In this document: positions 23,780 through 36,214 of the stretch, one piece after another
Layout: every line of letters begins with the position of its first letter
Position numbering within the stretch: position 1 is the first letter of the stretch
Assembly (NCBI GenBank): GCA_010356995.1
Contig: ML996711.1
Location: 124,001 to 186,525, forward strand
Source of the DNA: Trichodelitschia bisporula
Lineage: Eukaryota
DNA length: 62,525 bases
Reading direction: 5' to 3'
Notes under the pieces: model-generated
Databases searched by the model: none
What the model was told of the DNA's origin: nothing
Seen by the model: only the letters and a program-made list of their open reading frames with translations
Position numbers and translations under genes: made by a program

Positions 23780-26700
23780 ATGGTATTCAGGTCGCCACTG
23801 TTGAGAGCTTCGGTCTCGCGAACCGCCTACAGCTTGATCCGTCATTCCCCTTCATCACCCCTATTACTGCGCGCCTCCGCCAGATGCAGATATGAGCGCC
23901 ATCCTTGTCCGTCGCTTCGAGCCACCCCCGCCATCTCATCACGCACTTTTTCGTCCTCAACCGCGCGATGGAAGGAAAAGCCAAACAAAGACTCCAAGCC
24001 AGACACCGAAGAGGCCGAGTCAAAACCGGAAAAAGAACCGGAGCTCTCCGAACCTGCTGTTTCTACAAAGACTAAGAATCCCGATCCGATACCGCCACCT
24101 CGGTCCGGCGATGCGAAAGGCGGGGCTGCCGCGGCGGGCGGTGGCGGTAGCGAAGGCAGCTCTGGCGAGAGTGGTAGCGGAGGCAAGAAGCGCAAGTCTG
24201 CGGACCGGTCGCTCTCTAAACCCGTTGTGCCTGAGGTCTACCCGCAGGTCATGGCCATCCCGATAGCCAAGCGCCCGTTATTCCCCGGCTTCTACAAGGC
24301 AATCACGATTCGTAACCCGGAGGTCACACAGGCCATCTACGAGGCCATCAAGCGCGGGCAACCGTACATCGGGGCGTTCCTGTTGCGCGACGAGGCTGCG
24401 GACAAGGACGTCATTGAGAGCATGGACGACGTCTACGAGGTCGGCACCTTCTGCCAGATCACCAGCGCGTTTCCCGTGCAAGGCGAGGAGCCTAGCATGA
24501 CCGCCGTGCTTTACCCCCATCGCCGCATCCGCATGACGTCCCTGATTCCACCTAATCAAAAGGAGGGCGAAGCCGCGGCCAAAGCCGAGGTTGTCATTGA
24601 GGACGCGCTGCAGAGCAAACCGGAGAAGGAGGTCGAAGATAAGGGCGACGTAGTTGCCAGCTTCGAGGAGGCTGAAGCAAAGGACGCCGAACCTAAGCAG
24701 GCGCAGTACGAGCCAACGTCCTTCCTCAAAAAGTACAATGTCAGCCTTGTGAACGTGGAGAATCTGGCGGAGGAACCACACGACAAGAAGAGCCCGACTG
24801 TCCGTGCTCTCACAAGTGAGATTGTCAATGTATTCAAGGACATTGTGCACATCAACCACATCTTCCGCGACCAGGTCTCTACTTTCGCCATGAGCCAGAA
24901 TCCCGGCAACGTCGGCGAAGACCCAGCTAAGCTGGCCGACTTCGCGGCAGCGACATCTTCCGGAGAGCCACAGGAACTGCAGGATGCACTGGAGGCGCTC
25001 AACATGGAGGACCGCCTGCACAAGGCACTCCTCGTACTGAAGAAGGAGCTCATGAACGCGCAATTGCAATCCAAAATCTCCAAAGACGTCGAGTCCAAAA
25101 TCCAAAAGCGCCAGCGAGAGTACTGGCTGATGGAGCAGATGAAGGGCATCCGGCGCGAGCTGGGCATCGAATCTGATGGCAAGGACAAGCTAATTGAGAC
25201 ATTCAAAGAAAAGGCAAACAACCTTGCCATGCCGGAGGCCGTCAAGAAAGTCTTTGACGAAGAGCTCAACAAGCTCGCCCACATTGAGCCCGCGGCGTCG
25301 GAGTTCAACGTCACGCGCAACTATCTCGACTGGCTAACGCAGATTCCGTGGGGCCAGCGCAGCGCCGAGAATTTCGGCATCAAACACGCCATGGGCGTCC
25401 TGGACGAGGACCACTACGGCCTCAAGGACGTCAAGGACCGCATTCTCGAGTTCATCGCCGTCGGCAAGCTACGTGGTACGGTCGAGGGCAAGATTTTGTG
25501 CATGGTTGGGCCGCCGGGTGTCGGCAAGACCAGCATCGGCAAGTCGATTGCGCGCGCACTCAACCGCCAGTACTACCGCTTCAGCGTCGGTGGCCTGACA
25601 GACGTGGCGGAGATCAAGGGTCACCGGCGGACATACGTTGGAGCGCTGCCTGGCCGCATCATCCAGGCTCTGAAAAAGTGCCAGACGGAAAATCCGCTCA
25701 TCCTGATCGATGAGGTTGACAAGATTGGCCGCGGCCACCAGGGCGACCCCTCGTCGGCACTTCTCGAGCTGCTCGATCCTGAGCAGAACAACTCGTTCCT
25801 CGATCATTACCTGGACGTCCCGGTTGATCTGTCCAAGGTGCTTTTTGTGTGCACGGCCAACATGACGGACACTATTCCCCGCCCGCTTCTCGATCGCATG
25901 GAGATGCTCGAGCTGTCAGGCTATGTGGCCGACGAGAAGATGGCCATTGCCGAGCGCTACCTAGCTCCTGCGGCCAAGGAGCTCAGCGGCCTAAAGGATG
26001 CCGACGTGATGCTTGAAAAGGACGCCATCACCGAGCTGATCAACAAATACTGCCGCGAGTCCGGCGTGCGGAACCTCAAGAAGCAGATTGAGAAGGTGTA
26101 CCGCAAGGCCGCACTTAAGATCATCCAGGACATCGGTGAAGAGGCACTCCCAGAGGAAGAGGCGCTTACGGTAGAGGGCAAGGCGGCGGCGGAGGAGTCC
26201 TCCAAGGACACGACCGACGTCAAGACGACGCCCGAAACTATTGCCAAAGAGACAACGCAGACGCCCCGCGTCGCGCTCAAGGTCCCCGGCAGTGTGCACG
26301 TGCAGATCACCAAGGACAACCTCAAAGACTACGTTGGGCCGCCCATCTTCACGTCAGACCGCCTCTACGACACGACACCTCCGGGTGTAGCCATGGGCCT
26401 GGCGTGGACGCAGATGGGTGGTGCGGCCCTCTACGTCGAGTCGATCCTGGAGAATGCGCTCAACTACTCCTCCCGGCCCGGCCTAGAGCGCACTGGCAAC
26501 CTCAAGGCGGTGATGAAGGAGTCGACGCAGATTGCGTACAGCTTCTCCAAGGGCGTGCTTGCGCGCAGCTTCCCTGGGAATAAATTCTTTGAGCACGCTC
26601 GCATCCATTTGCATTGCCCGGAGGGCGCCGTCCAGAAGGATGGGCCCAGTGCAGGCATCACGATGGCTACATCACTGCTCAGCTTGGCGCTCGACCGCAA

Positions 26701-27101
26701 GCTCGACCCCACGATTGCGATGACTGGCGAGCTGACCGTTACGGGCAAGGTGCTACGGATTGGAGGATTGAGGGAGAAGACGGTTGCGGCGCGGCGCGCT
26801 GGTGCTCGGACGATCATCTTCCCGCGGGATAACGAGAGTGATTGGATGGAACTCCCCGAGGTGAGTGAATTCGAGGCGTAGTGATCGGAGCTATGGGATA
26901 TGAGCTGACACGCCGCAGAACATCAAAGAGGGCATCGGCGGGAAGCCGGTGGATTGGTACGACGAGGTTTTTTCAATAGTGTTTCCTGACGTGGACGCCG
27001 AGCACGCCAACAGCCTTTGGAAAGAAACCCTAAAGAAGCCGGCCAAGGAGATCAGGGAAAAGGAGGAGGTCGATGAGGCCGAGGACTGGCGCTCGAGCTA
27101 G
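23780..27101 (+). CDS. PIM1: Mitochondrial Lon protease (2 exons)
   Basis: Arg/Ser-rich presequence, Lon N domain (PIAKRPLFPGFYK), Walker A GPPGVGKTS, Walker B LILIDEVDK, catalytic KDGPSAG and GGLREK. Intron 26861-26918; TAG at 27099-27101. Confidence 0.96.
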
Positions 27102-28220
27102 TCTGGCCCCGATTTGTTTGTACAGCATTTGACAGCGTTACGGGTGGGATTTGCATCGCATGCACTCCTATAGAGCAGGCGTTCGATCTTCGAAGGGCCG
27201 GGGTGTGGGTTTGGATGCGGCGCGACCGCTTGTGTACATGGTAGTACATAGTACTGGACTCCACTCTGTAGAATACACGAATACATGCACGATGCAATCT
27301 CTCATCCCGAGCCAGTCGGCTGTCTCGGAGAGTATGGCGGGAGGGCGAGGGTCATGCGGCGTGGGTAGACGACCCGTGGTCCCGATTTATCACTACACTG
27401 TGCGGCTCGGCAGGGACGATATTAATGGTGGACTGCATCGAGGCGAGGGTCTGGGATACAATGGCAGCTGGTGTGCTTTTGATGGTAGGATGGTTAGAGG
27501 TTGCAACATAGTCGTACTTGATGCGGCAACGAGTGCGAATTGTCTTGGGTCTCGGCCGACAAGGCCGACATCACCAACACCACGGATACATCCCCTCCGC
27601 CTCGCCATCTCATTTCACCACCTCAACCTCACAATCACAACTTCGCCGCTCCCCACAAAGAAAAAAAATCCTCCGCATCATGTGTTGCCCTCCCCCCATC
27701 CCCCCCCCGCACTGTCCCCCAGTATTAACAGCACCTTCGCGCCCAGACCCCGCGACCCCCGCCGTCTCAGAAACCCACACCCGTGCCCAATCTACAACGC
27801 ACACGGGGCCTCAATATAGGCAAATTGCCCCATTCTCTCCCCATCCCCAATTTCCCACAGAGCCCGCCAAGCCGAGATGAGATCCCCCATTGCGTAAGGC
27901 GCCCGTCCCCGCCGCGCCGCGTCGACGCAATGCCAGATTACCGCCCGCAATGTATTCTCAACAAGCACCTGGGTGCATGGCTGCGCAAGGCCATGGGCGC
28001 CAATGGGGCATTGTGAGGGAAGCAGGTACGCCGGGCGGGGGGATCTCTATATTCTAGATCCCGGATTCAATGGCATATGTATAGTCGCGGCGCCCGCGCA
28101 CCCGTCGCCGACGCACGTGTGTTCATCTTCTCTTTCCTGGCCTTTGTGCGTCCGCTCTTTTTACCGCATGTTCTCGTCGCGCGCTTCGTGTGATCCTGCG
28201 CCGACGCCCGTGTGTACGCC

Positions 28221-30197
28221 ATGAGGCCCATTTTCGCGCTCCTGGCGGCCGCGCCGTGGGCGAGTGCCGCGCCCTCATTCATTCGGCGGGCCGACGCGGC
28301 GGCGCTGAACGTCACGGTTTCTGAGGCTACGGACGCAGCCGATACGGCGGAGGGGTTCCAGGGTGCGGCGATGCCTGAGTCGGCGAATAATTACGACTGG
28401 GCGGAGTTCGAGGCGGCGGCGGAGGCGGACAGTTTGCTCGACACGCCGAGGGGGGAGGAATTGCGTGCGAGGAGAGAGGCGGTCAAGAGTGCCTTTAGTT
28501 ACTCCTGGGCGGGGTACAGGCGGTATGCGTGGAATCATGACGAGTTGTTACCCGTTACGAATCGGCATGGGGACTCGAGGTACGAACTGCGAGCGGATGG
28601 GGCTGGGCGAGGCTGACAAGTGCAGGAACGGGTGGGGCGCCAGCGCGATCGATGCGCTCAGCACGGCGATTATTATGGATTTGCCGGATGTGGTGGATCA
28701 GATTCTGGAGTTTGTGCCGAGTATTGATTTTACAACGACGAGGACTAGTGATCCGGTTAGCTTGTTTGAGACCACGATTCGGTACCTCGGTGGCTTGATT
28801 TCGGGGTACGATCTGCTCCGCCCGGGGACGGGGCCGCGCGATCCCCCCGGCCCGCGCGCGCGGATGACGAAGAAGGTACGCAATTCCCCGACCCTCACGG
28901 CCCCGCTAACCCGCAGACCGCGCTCGTGAACAAGCTCCTCACGCAAGCAATATCCCTCGCCGACGCCCTGAGCTTCGCCTTCGACCCCTCCATCACACCC
29001 AGCGGCATCCCCTTCAACGACCTCGACTTCAAAGGTAAAAAGCCCTTCGAGTCCGACGGACGCAAGCAAGAGCGCAACACACTCGCCACAGTCGGGACAC
29101 TGGTGCTCGAATGGACGCGACTATCGGATCTAGTCGGGGACCCAAAGTACGCGAACCTGGCGCAGCGGGCGCAGGACTTCCTCCTGCGGCCGAAGAGCAG
29201 CTTTGCGCGCAACATGCCGTGCAAGGCGGCGAAGCCGAGCTGCGAGGTGTGGGATGGGTTGGTGGCGAGTGAGGTGTTTATTGCGAATGGGACGTTTGCG
29301 CCGGTGGGCGGGAGCTGGATGGGTGGTGCGGACAGCTTTTATGAGTATTTGATCAAGATGTATGTGTACGACAGCCGCAGCTTCAAGTTCTACGCCGATA
29401 GGTGGGTGGCGGCGGCGGAGTCGACGCGCAAGTTCTTGTCTAGCAAGCCGGTGACGAGGCCGGATTTGACGTTTTTGGCGGCGTGGGCGCCGGACGGCCG
29501 GCTCATCAAGCATAGCCAGCATCTGGCGTGCTTTGCCGGCGGGAACTTCATCCTTGGGGGCCAGGTGCTGAAGAACGACGACTACATCAAGTACGGCCTG
29601 GAACTGGTCAATGGATGCCGGCAGACGTACGAGGCGACGAACACGAAGATCGGCCCGGACTACTTCGTGTGGGATGAGACCAACGTACCAGCGGACCAGG
29701 CGGACTTTTTCAAGAAGAACGGCTTCTACTTCCGGGGGAATAAGGCCTACCTTCTGCGGCCGGAGGTCATCGAGAGTTACTACTACGCGTACCGGGTGAC
29801 ACGCGAGCAGAAGTACCAGGACTGGGCGTGGGATGCGTTTATACATATCCGCAACGCAACGCTGGCGGAGAGCGGGTACACGGCGATCCAGGACGTTATG
29901 GATGCGGGCATGCTGGACACCAGTGCAAAAAATAAGGATTACCGGTACCATCCGTCGCGGTCGTTCAACGAGCAGGAGAGCTTCTGGTTTGCAGAAGTGC
30001 TGAAGTACAGCTACTTGATCCAGTCGGACGTGAGTCGCTTCCCTCCCCTGGAAGGCGAGAACTAATCCAGTCAGGGTGACGATGCCTTCCAGATTCCACG
30101 CGGCCACGGCAACATCTACAACGCCGGGCGGCGGAAAAACTTTTGGGTGTTCAACACGGAGGCGCATCCAGTGCGGGTGCGGGGCCCACCGGTGTAG
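28221..30197 (+). CDS. Secreted GH47 class I alpha-1,2-mannosidase (4 exons)
   Basis: Signal peptide, [74 protein letters not shown]. Introns 28580-28625, 28876-28916, 30030-30074. Confidence 0.95.
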
Positions 30198-30345
30198 AGT
30201 GCTTAGAAAAGAGTGCGTTTTCGCTTCGATGTCGATATTGATCTGCTCGCTTGCATGAACGTCCGTACAGAGGATAGACGCGGGTGGTTTTTGCTGGCCA
30301 ACTCCAGCGATGGGGACATGAGGCGCCTGTTGGCGCACGGCACGG

Positions 30346-30391
30346 TCGTACTGTGCTAGTTAATCATACTGTGCTAGTTAATCGTACTGTG
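30346..30391. repeat. 18-bp tandem repeat (~2.5 copies) between convergent 3' ends
   Basis: tcgtactgtgctagttaa / tcatactgtgctagttaa / tcgtactgtg. Confidence 0.85.
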
Positions 30392-30564
30392 TTCGTGGCA
30401 TATGGCCCACTTCGGGTAGCCACTCAAGCATAAGGGAAAACTGAGTGCAAGACGTGAACATAAAATCGCGACTCACGGACCGGATGAGCTGCAAGATTCG
30501 GTGAACCTGATGGCATTAGCCTATCCCGATTTGCAAACTTCTGTGCTTATACCAGTCAGGATGT

Positions 30565-31788
30565 CTACAAACGTTCCACATGCAGCACCTTGCGATCGCG
30601 TCCGACCACAAGTCTCATTTGTGATACCCCACTCCCGTCGGGCCTATGCCAGAGACCCCCCTTCCGCAGGCCATCGGTATACATGACGTAAGCCGGCCAA
30701 TCTATGGGGTATTAGTTCATGAAATGGAGCTCCCGACATGACAACCGAGATATGGGAGTCAAAGAACCTACAGGCATCAACAAACGATTTGGTTTCCGGG
30801 AGACTCATGCCCTTCCCCGTCTCTTCGCGCATCTTGGCCTCAGCCTGCCAGCGCCACTCATACACCCAGCGCAGATTCTCGGCATCGATATGGATCAAGA
30901 TGTCGAGCATCCTGTCTCTGTCAGTATTCCTAGAGTTACCACGCTCTCTCCATACGGGCGATTTCCCGCCCAAGGCTTCGAATGATCAATGAGGCACTCG
31001 AGACTCACTGGAAGATTGCCGTGTACGTCTTTAGCGCGGAATTAACCAGACGGGGTGCATCTTCCGATGCCTTTTGAAACCCCGTGGTCGCGAGGGCTTG
31101 CATTACCTCCTCCACCCTGGACTGGAACTCGTCATCGTTGAGTGGATGAAACCCCACACACCACCCCTCAAAGATGACCACATCAACTGTGGACTTGGCT
31201 TCACGATTCACGGTTCGCCACTGATCATCCGGAACCCTGTCCCCGTCGCCGTTGTAAGCAGACTTGTCGTACTTGGGTAGATCCACTGGCTGGCGGTTGG
31301 ATAGGCTCCGGAACACTTCCTCCATAAGCTCCATATCATGTGTGCCGGGATTACCGCGGACGGCGAAGAGTGGATTGCCCGAGTTTGAGCGTAGCCTAAA
31401 CTGCTCCTCGTGTGTGAGGTAGAAGTCATCAATGGAGAGGGCTACAGTGTTCAAGCCCCGCGCATTGAGGTCCGAGACGAGGTTTCGGACCTTGGATGGC
31501 GATGTTAGTAAGGATGGCGAGTGGCGAGTTTCGGAGCAGCAGGAAAGATACAAGTGATAAAAGTGCATGCCACGAAGGCCATAATATGGTGGAAGAAAAA
31601 TGTTATTCTTAGCATACCAGAGTTGTCTTCCCCACGCCTTGGATTCCGTTGATGCCAACGAAGAATACGGGGATAGAGGTGCCTGAAGGCTTGTGCTTGA
31701 GAAAGGAGTTGTATTGCTCTAGTATGAAGGGGATGCAGTGCTGAGCTTTCTCATCTGATATGTCAGCCACTTTAGTGAGGTGTGTCAT
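30565..31788 (-). CDS. TDA10: P-loop kinase, TDA10 / D-glycerate 3-kinase family (4 exons)
   Basis: GINGIQGVGKTTL, LSIDDFYLTH, RGNPGTHD, PKYDKSAYNGDGDR, VIFEGWCVGF, WVYEWRWQAE. Introns 31617-31491, 31008-30912, 30771-30702; ends RLVVGRDRKVLHVERL*. Confidence 0.88.
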
Positions 31789-32378
31789 TTTCGGGGGGGT
31801 TGACTGGATGGTGGCAGAACGGTGTGAAGGTGATATAGAGTGAGGGGTGTGAGGCTGTTCAGGTGCTACTGCGGGTCGTCGCCATGTCCTACGATGCTCG
31901 GTCTTCCACCTTATTGGGCCATGAACCCGGACGTTTTTCCGTCCCGATCCACGGCCGATGAGCCGATTCAATGGCCGCGCGGGCCGAGTGTTTGCTGACA
32001 GATGTCGGTTAGCAAGCATGCTGCAAGTTGCAAGACAATACGGCGACATATGAGAATGGCCCGACCCAACGAAGGACGGCCTGCAGACATCAGTATTCAG
32101 AGAGTGTCATGACTCGAAAATAATTGACTGTTGCGATTAAGGTTAGATGGGAGCGGAGTATCGTTAATTCTTTCGAGCCCCCCAAGTCTTCTAAGCGGCG
32201 CTTACGAGGAGGACACTCCGCTGTACATATAACTGCCTGTCCTGGGCTTTGAAGCTCTTGAGAAAGCCTACTCGCGATGGAAACGTGTCGAACTCCGCGA
32301 AGGGGCCCGAGATGGCAAGGGCTTCCTTCCATTTGCTAACCGCGTTCAGCCGGGGAGGTGGGACGGGCAGATGCAGAA

Positions 32379-32779
32379 CCGAGGCGAACCACTTCTCCAC
32401 ATGTAGTCGTCTAGCTCTCGCATTGAGGCATTGAAGAGAGTCCAGATGCATCTAATATGAGGGATCAGTTTTCAAGTGCTCCTCTCCACATTATTCCTAT
32501 ATCAAGCACGTGCATCGCCCTTCACATGCCACACGCTCTTCTCTCCCGTGCCTCTCCACATGGCGCTAATCCTCAAGAATCCCCGTGGCTTGTGGGGAAT
32601 GTGGCTGAATGCAATCCGCCCTTACCCGCGGCTAAACCTGATGCAGGTCGATAGCGAATCAACAGGGCGTATCACAGGGCAACAGGCAATGCGGGTCAAT
32701 CACAAGGTACGGGAGTTCGCCTCTCCGTATGCCAAGCAAAATGCAGGCCCTCCCCCACCAGCCCCGGCTTCAACCTCGG
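32379..32779. promoter_or_regulatory. Two CCGAGG/CCTCGG FarA/FarB (CTF1)-type fatty-acid response motifs upstream of FOX2
   Basis: CCGAGG at 32379-32384 and CCTCGG at 32774-32779. The motif is established for beta-oxidation genes in filamentous fungi, but a 6-mer can occur by chance. Confidence 0.55.
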
Positions 32780-33034
32780 TCCATCACGGCAACACTTCAC
32801 AGGCCGACTTGTCCCTCGTCCCTCGTCAAACTGAAAAGCCCTCTCTCACTCTCTCCCTCACTCTGTTCTCGGCAGACTCCCGGCATTAATCCACAGCCGG
32901 CTTCGTATCAACGGCAGATGCTAGACTAGCCTTCCTGACACCTTTATACTCTTCTCCTCTCCTTCCGTCTGCACACCCCGTACCACACGTTCCATCCCAC
33001 CACCCCTCAACCCTCACCCTACCTCCCCTCTACC

Positions 33035-33063
33035 CACACACACGCACACACGCACACACGCAC

Positions 33064-33106
<43 letters not shown>
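33035..33106. repeat. (CA)n compound microsatellite abutting the FOX2 start codon
   Basis: cacacacgcaca...cacaca immediately followed by ATG at 33107. Confidence 0.95.
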
Positions 33107-33108
<2 letters not shown>

Positions 33109-36104
33109 GGTTTCCGACCTGCGCTTCGACGGCCAAACCGTCGTCGTCACCGGCGCCGGCGGCGGCCTCGGCCGCGCATACGCCCTCTTCTTCGGTGCGC
33201 GCGGCGCAAACGTCGTGGTCAACGACCTGGGCGGCAGCTTCAAGGGCGAGGGCGCCTCCTCCAAGGCTGCTGACGTCGTGGTCGAGGAGATCCGCAAGGC
33301 CGGCGGCAAGGCGACGGCCAACTACGACAGCGTCGAGTTCGGCGAGAAGATCATCGAGACGGCGGTGCAGACGTACGGCCGCATCGATGTGCTCATCAAC
33401 AATGCGGGCATTCTCCGCGACGTCAGCTTCAAGAATATGAAGGATGCGGATTGGGATCTTATTATGAAGGTGCATGTCAATGGCGCGTATAAGTGTGCGA
33501 GGGCTGCGTGGCCGCATTTCCGCAAGCAGAAGTACGGCCGTGTCATCAACACTGCGTCGGCGGCTGGGCTGTTTGGCAGCTTTGGGCAGACCAATTACTC
33601 TGGTACGTTCTGCTATTCTCTTCGGCGACGAAGCTAACTCTGTCTCTCAGCGGCCAAGCTGGCACAGGTCGGCTTCACCGAGACCCTTGCCAAGGAGGGC
33701 ATCAAGTACAACATCATCGCCAACGTCATCGCGCCCATTGCCGCCAGCCGCATGACCGAGACCGTGATGCCGCCCGACGTCCTCGAGAACCTGCGGCCGG
33801 ACTGGGTGGTGCCGCTAGTCGCCGTGCTGGTGCACCCCTCCAACAAGACGGAGACGGGCTCCATCTTCGAGGTCGGTGGCGGACACATCGCGAAGTTGCG
33901 GTGGGAGCGCGCCAAGGGCGCCCTGCTCAAGGCCGACGACTCCTTCACCCCTACCTCCATCCTGCAGAAGTGGAGCGATGTCAACGACTTCTCCAAGCCG
34001 GAGTACCCCTCCGGTCCGGCTAACTTCATGGAGCTGCTCGAGGGCTCCATTAAGCTCCCGCGCAATGCGCCCTCGGAGCCGCTGGACTTCAAGGGCAAGG
34101 TCGTGCTCGTCACGGGTGCCGGTGGCGGGTAAGTCTCTTCTCGTATTTTCTGTAATATGTTGCTAACGATGCAGCCTCGGCCGTGCCTACGCCCTCCTCT
34201 TCGCCAAATACGGCGCCAAAGTCGTCGTCAACGACCTCGTCAACCCCGACACCGTAGTCGGCGAGATCCGCGCGGCAGGCGGCGAAGCCGTGCCCAACAA
34301 GGCCAACGTCACCGACGGCGAAGCCGTCGTCAAAGCCGCAATCGACGCCTGGGGCCGCATCGACGTCATCGTCAACAACGCCGGCATCCTGCGCGACAAG
34401 GCGTTCAACAACATGGCCGACGCGCAGTGGGACCAGGTCATCGACGTGCACCTCCGCGGCACGTACAAGGTCACCAAGGCCGCGTGGCCGTACATGCTGA
34501 AGCAGAAGTACGGCCGCATTGTGAATACCACCAGCACGAGCGGCATTTATGGCAACTTCGGACAGGCGAATTATGCGGCTGCTAAGTGTGGCATTTTGGG
34601 CTTCAGTCGCGCGCTTGCGCGTGAGGGCCAAAAGTATAATATCTTTGTGAATACGATTGCGCCGAATGCGGGGACGAATATGACCCGCACTATCATGCCC
34701 GAGGAGATGGTTCAGGCGTTCAAGCCGGATTATGTTGCGCCGCTCGTTGTCCTGCTGTCGAGCGACAAGTGCCCCGACCCCACTGGCGGTCTGTTCGAGG
34801 TGGGCAGCGGGTGGCAGGCGCGCACGCGCTGGCAGCGGACTGGGGGCCATGGTTTCCCCGTCGATGTCCGGCTTACGCCGGAGGCGGTGCTGCAGCAGTG
34901 GGACCGGATCGTGACGTTTGATTCGCGGGCGGATAACCCGAGTGATGGGCAGGACGGGTTGAAGAGCATTTTGTCGAACTTTTCGAATCGGAGTGGGAAG
35001 AAAGGTAAATTGTGATTCTTTCCTTTAGGGTTGTGAGGGGGTGATTTGTACGATTTGGATGCTATAAAAGAGGTTTTTGGTTTTTGGTCTTTGGTAGATG
35101 ATGAATGATAACATTTCCCCCTTGTAGATGCGAAGCCCAAGCCCGCGGGCAAAATCGACCAGACCGTCCTCGACAACATCGCGAAGGCCAAGAGCGCGAA
35201 GGCCGAAGGCACGGAATTCGTCTACACGGAGCGCGATGTGATTCTCTACAGTACATTCCCCACCCCCCCCCCCCCCCCTACCTAACCCATCCCTTCTCTA
35301 ACCCGAGCAACAGACCTCGGCGTCGGCGCCAAACGCACCGACCTCCCCCTCGTGTACGAAAACGACGATAACTTCCAAGTCCTCCCCTCGTTCGGCGTCA
35401 TCCCGCCGTTCAACGCCGTGCCGCCGTTCAGTTTCGCGGATATCTTGCCTAACTTCTCGCCTATGATGCTGCTCCATGGAGAACAGTTCCTTGAGATTCG
35501 CCAACATCCGATTCCCACTGATGCTACCCTTGTGTCGTACCCTAAGTTGCTGGAGGTGGTGGATAAGGGCTCGGCCGGCATTGCGGTCACCGCGAGCACG
35601 ACGGTGGACAAGGCGACAGGCAAGGAGGTTTTCTACAACGAGAGCACGGTGTTCGTGCGTGGCTCCGGCGGCTTCGGCGGCCCGAGGGCTATGCCCGACC
35701 GCGGCGCCGCCACCGCCGCCAACACCCCGCCCAAGCGCGCCCCCGACGCCGTGACCGAGGAAAAAACCACCGAGGAGCAAGCCGCTCTCTACCGCCTCAG
35801 CGGGGACCGGAACCCGCTGCACATCGACCCGTCCTTTGCGGCGGTGGGCGGGTTCAAAGAGCCCATTCTGCACGGGCTGTGTTTCTTCGGTATTGCGGTT
35901 AAGCATGTTGTTAAGAAGTATGGGCAGATCAAGAACGTGAAGGTGCGGTTTGCGGGGCCGGTGATGCCGGGGCAGACGCTGAGGACGGAGATGTGGAAGG
36001 AGGGGGGGAAGGTTGTGTTTCAAGTTAAGGTTGTGGAGACGGGGAAGATGTGTATTGCTGGTGGAGGGGCGGAATTGTTGGGGGGGGCGAAGGGGAAGTT
36101 GTAG
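33107..36104 (+). CDS. FOX2: Peroxisomal multifunctional beta-oxidation enzyme (two SDR dehydrogenase domains plus hydratase 2; 5 exons)
   Basis: TGAGGGLG twice, NNAGILRD twice, YSAAK/YAAAK, hydratase motif [14 protein letters not shown]...PILHGLC, C-terminal AKGKL*. Introns 33603-33650, 34129-34174, 35005-35127, 35251-35313. Confidence 0.97.
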
Positions 36105-36214
36105 GTTCTTCTTTGGGCTTTTTGTGGGGTTGTAGGATAGGTATTTTGGTCACTTTTTGCATACAGATGATTCAGCAAGGTTTGTTCTGAAATTGGATTG
36201 CAGTGCTGGTGTTG

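Noticed and set aside
29130..30338. 402-aa minus-strand ORF (likewise 24278-25105, 45854-46918, 49334-50158)
   Set aside because: Antisense shadows of high-GC3 genes with no recognisable motifs.
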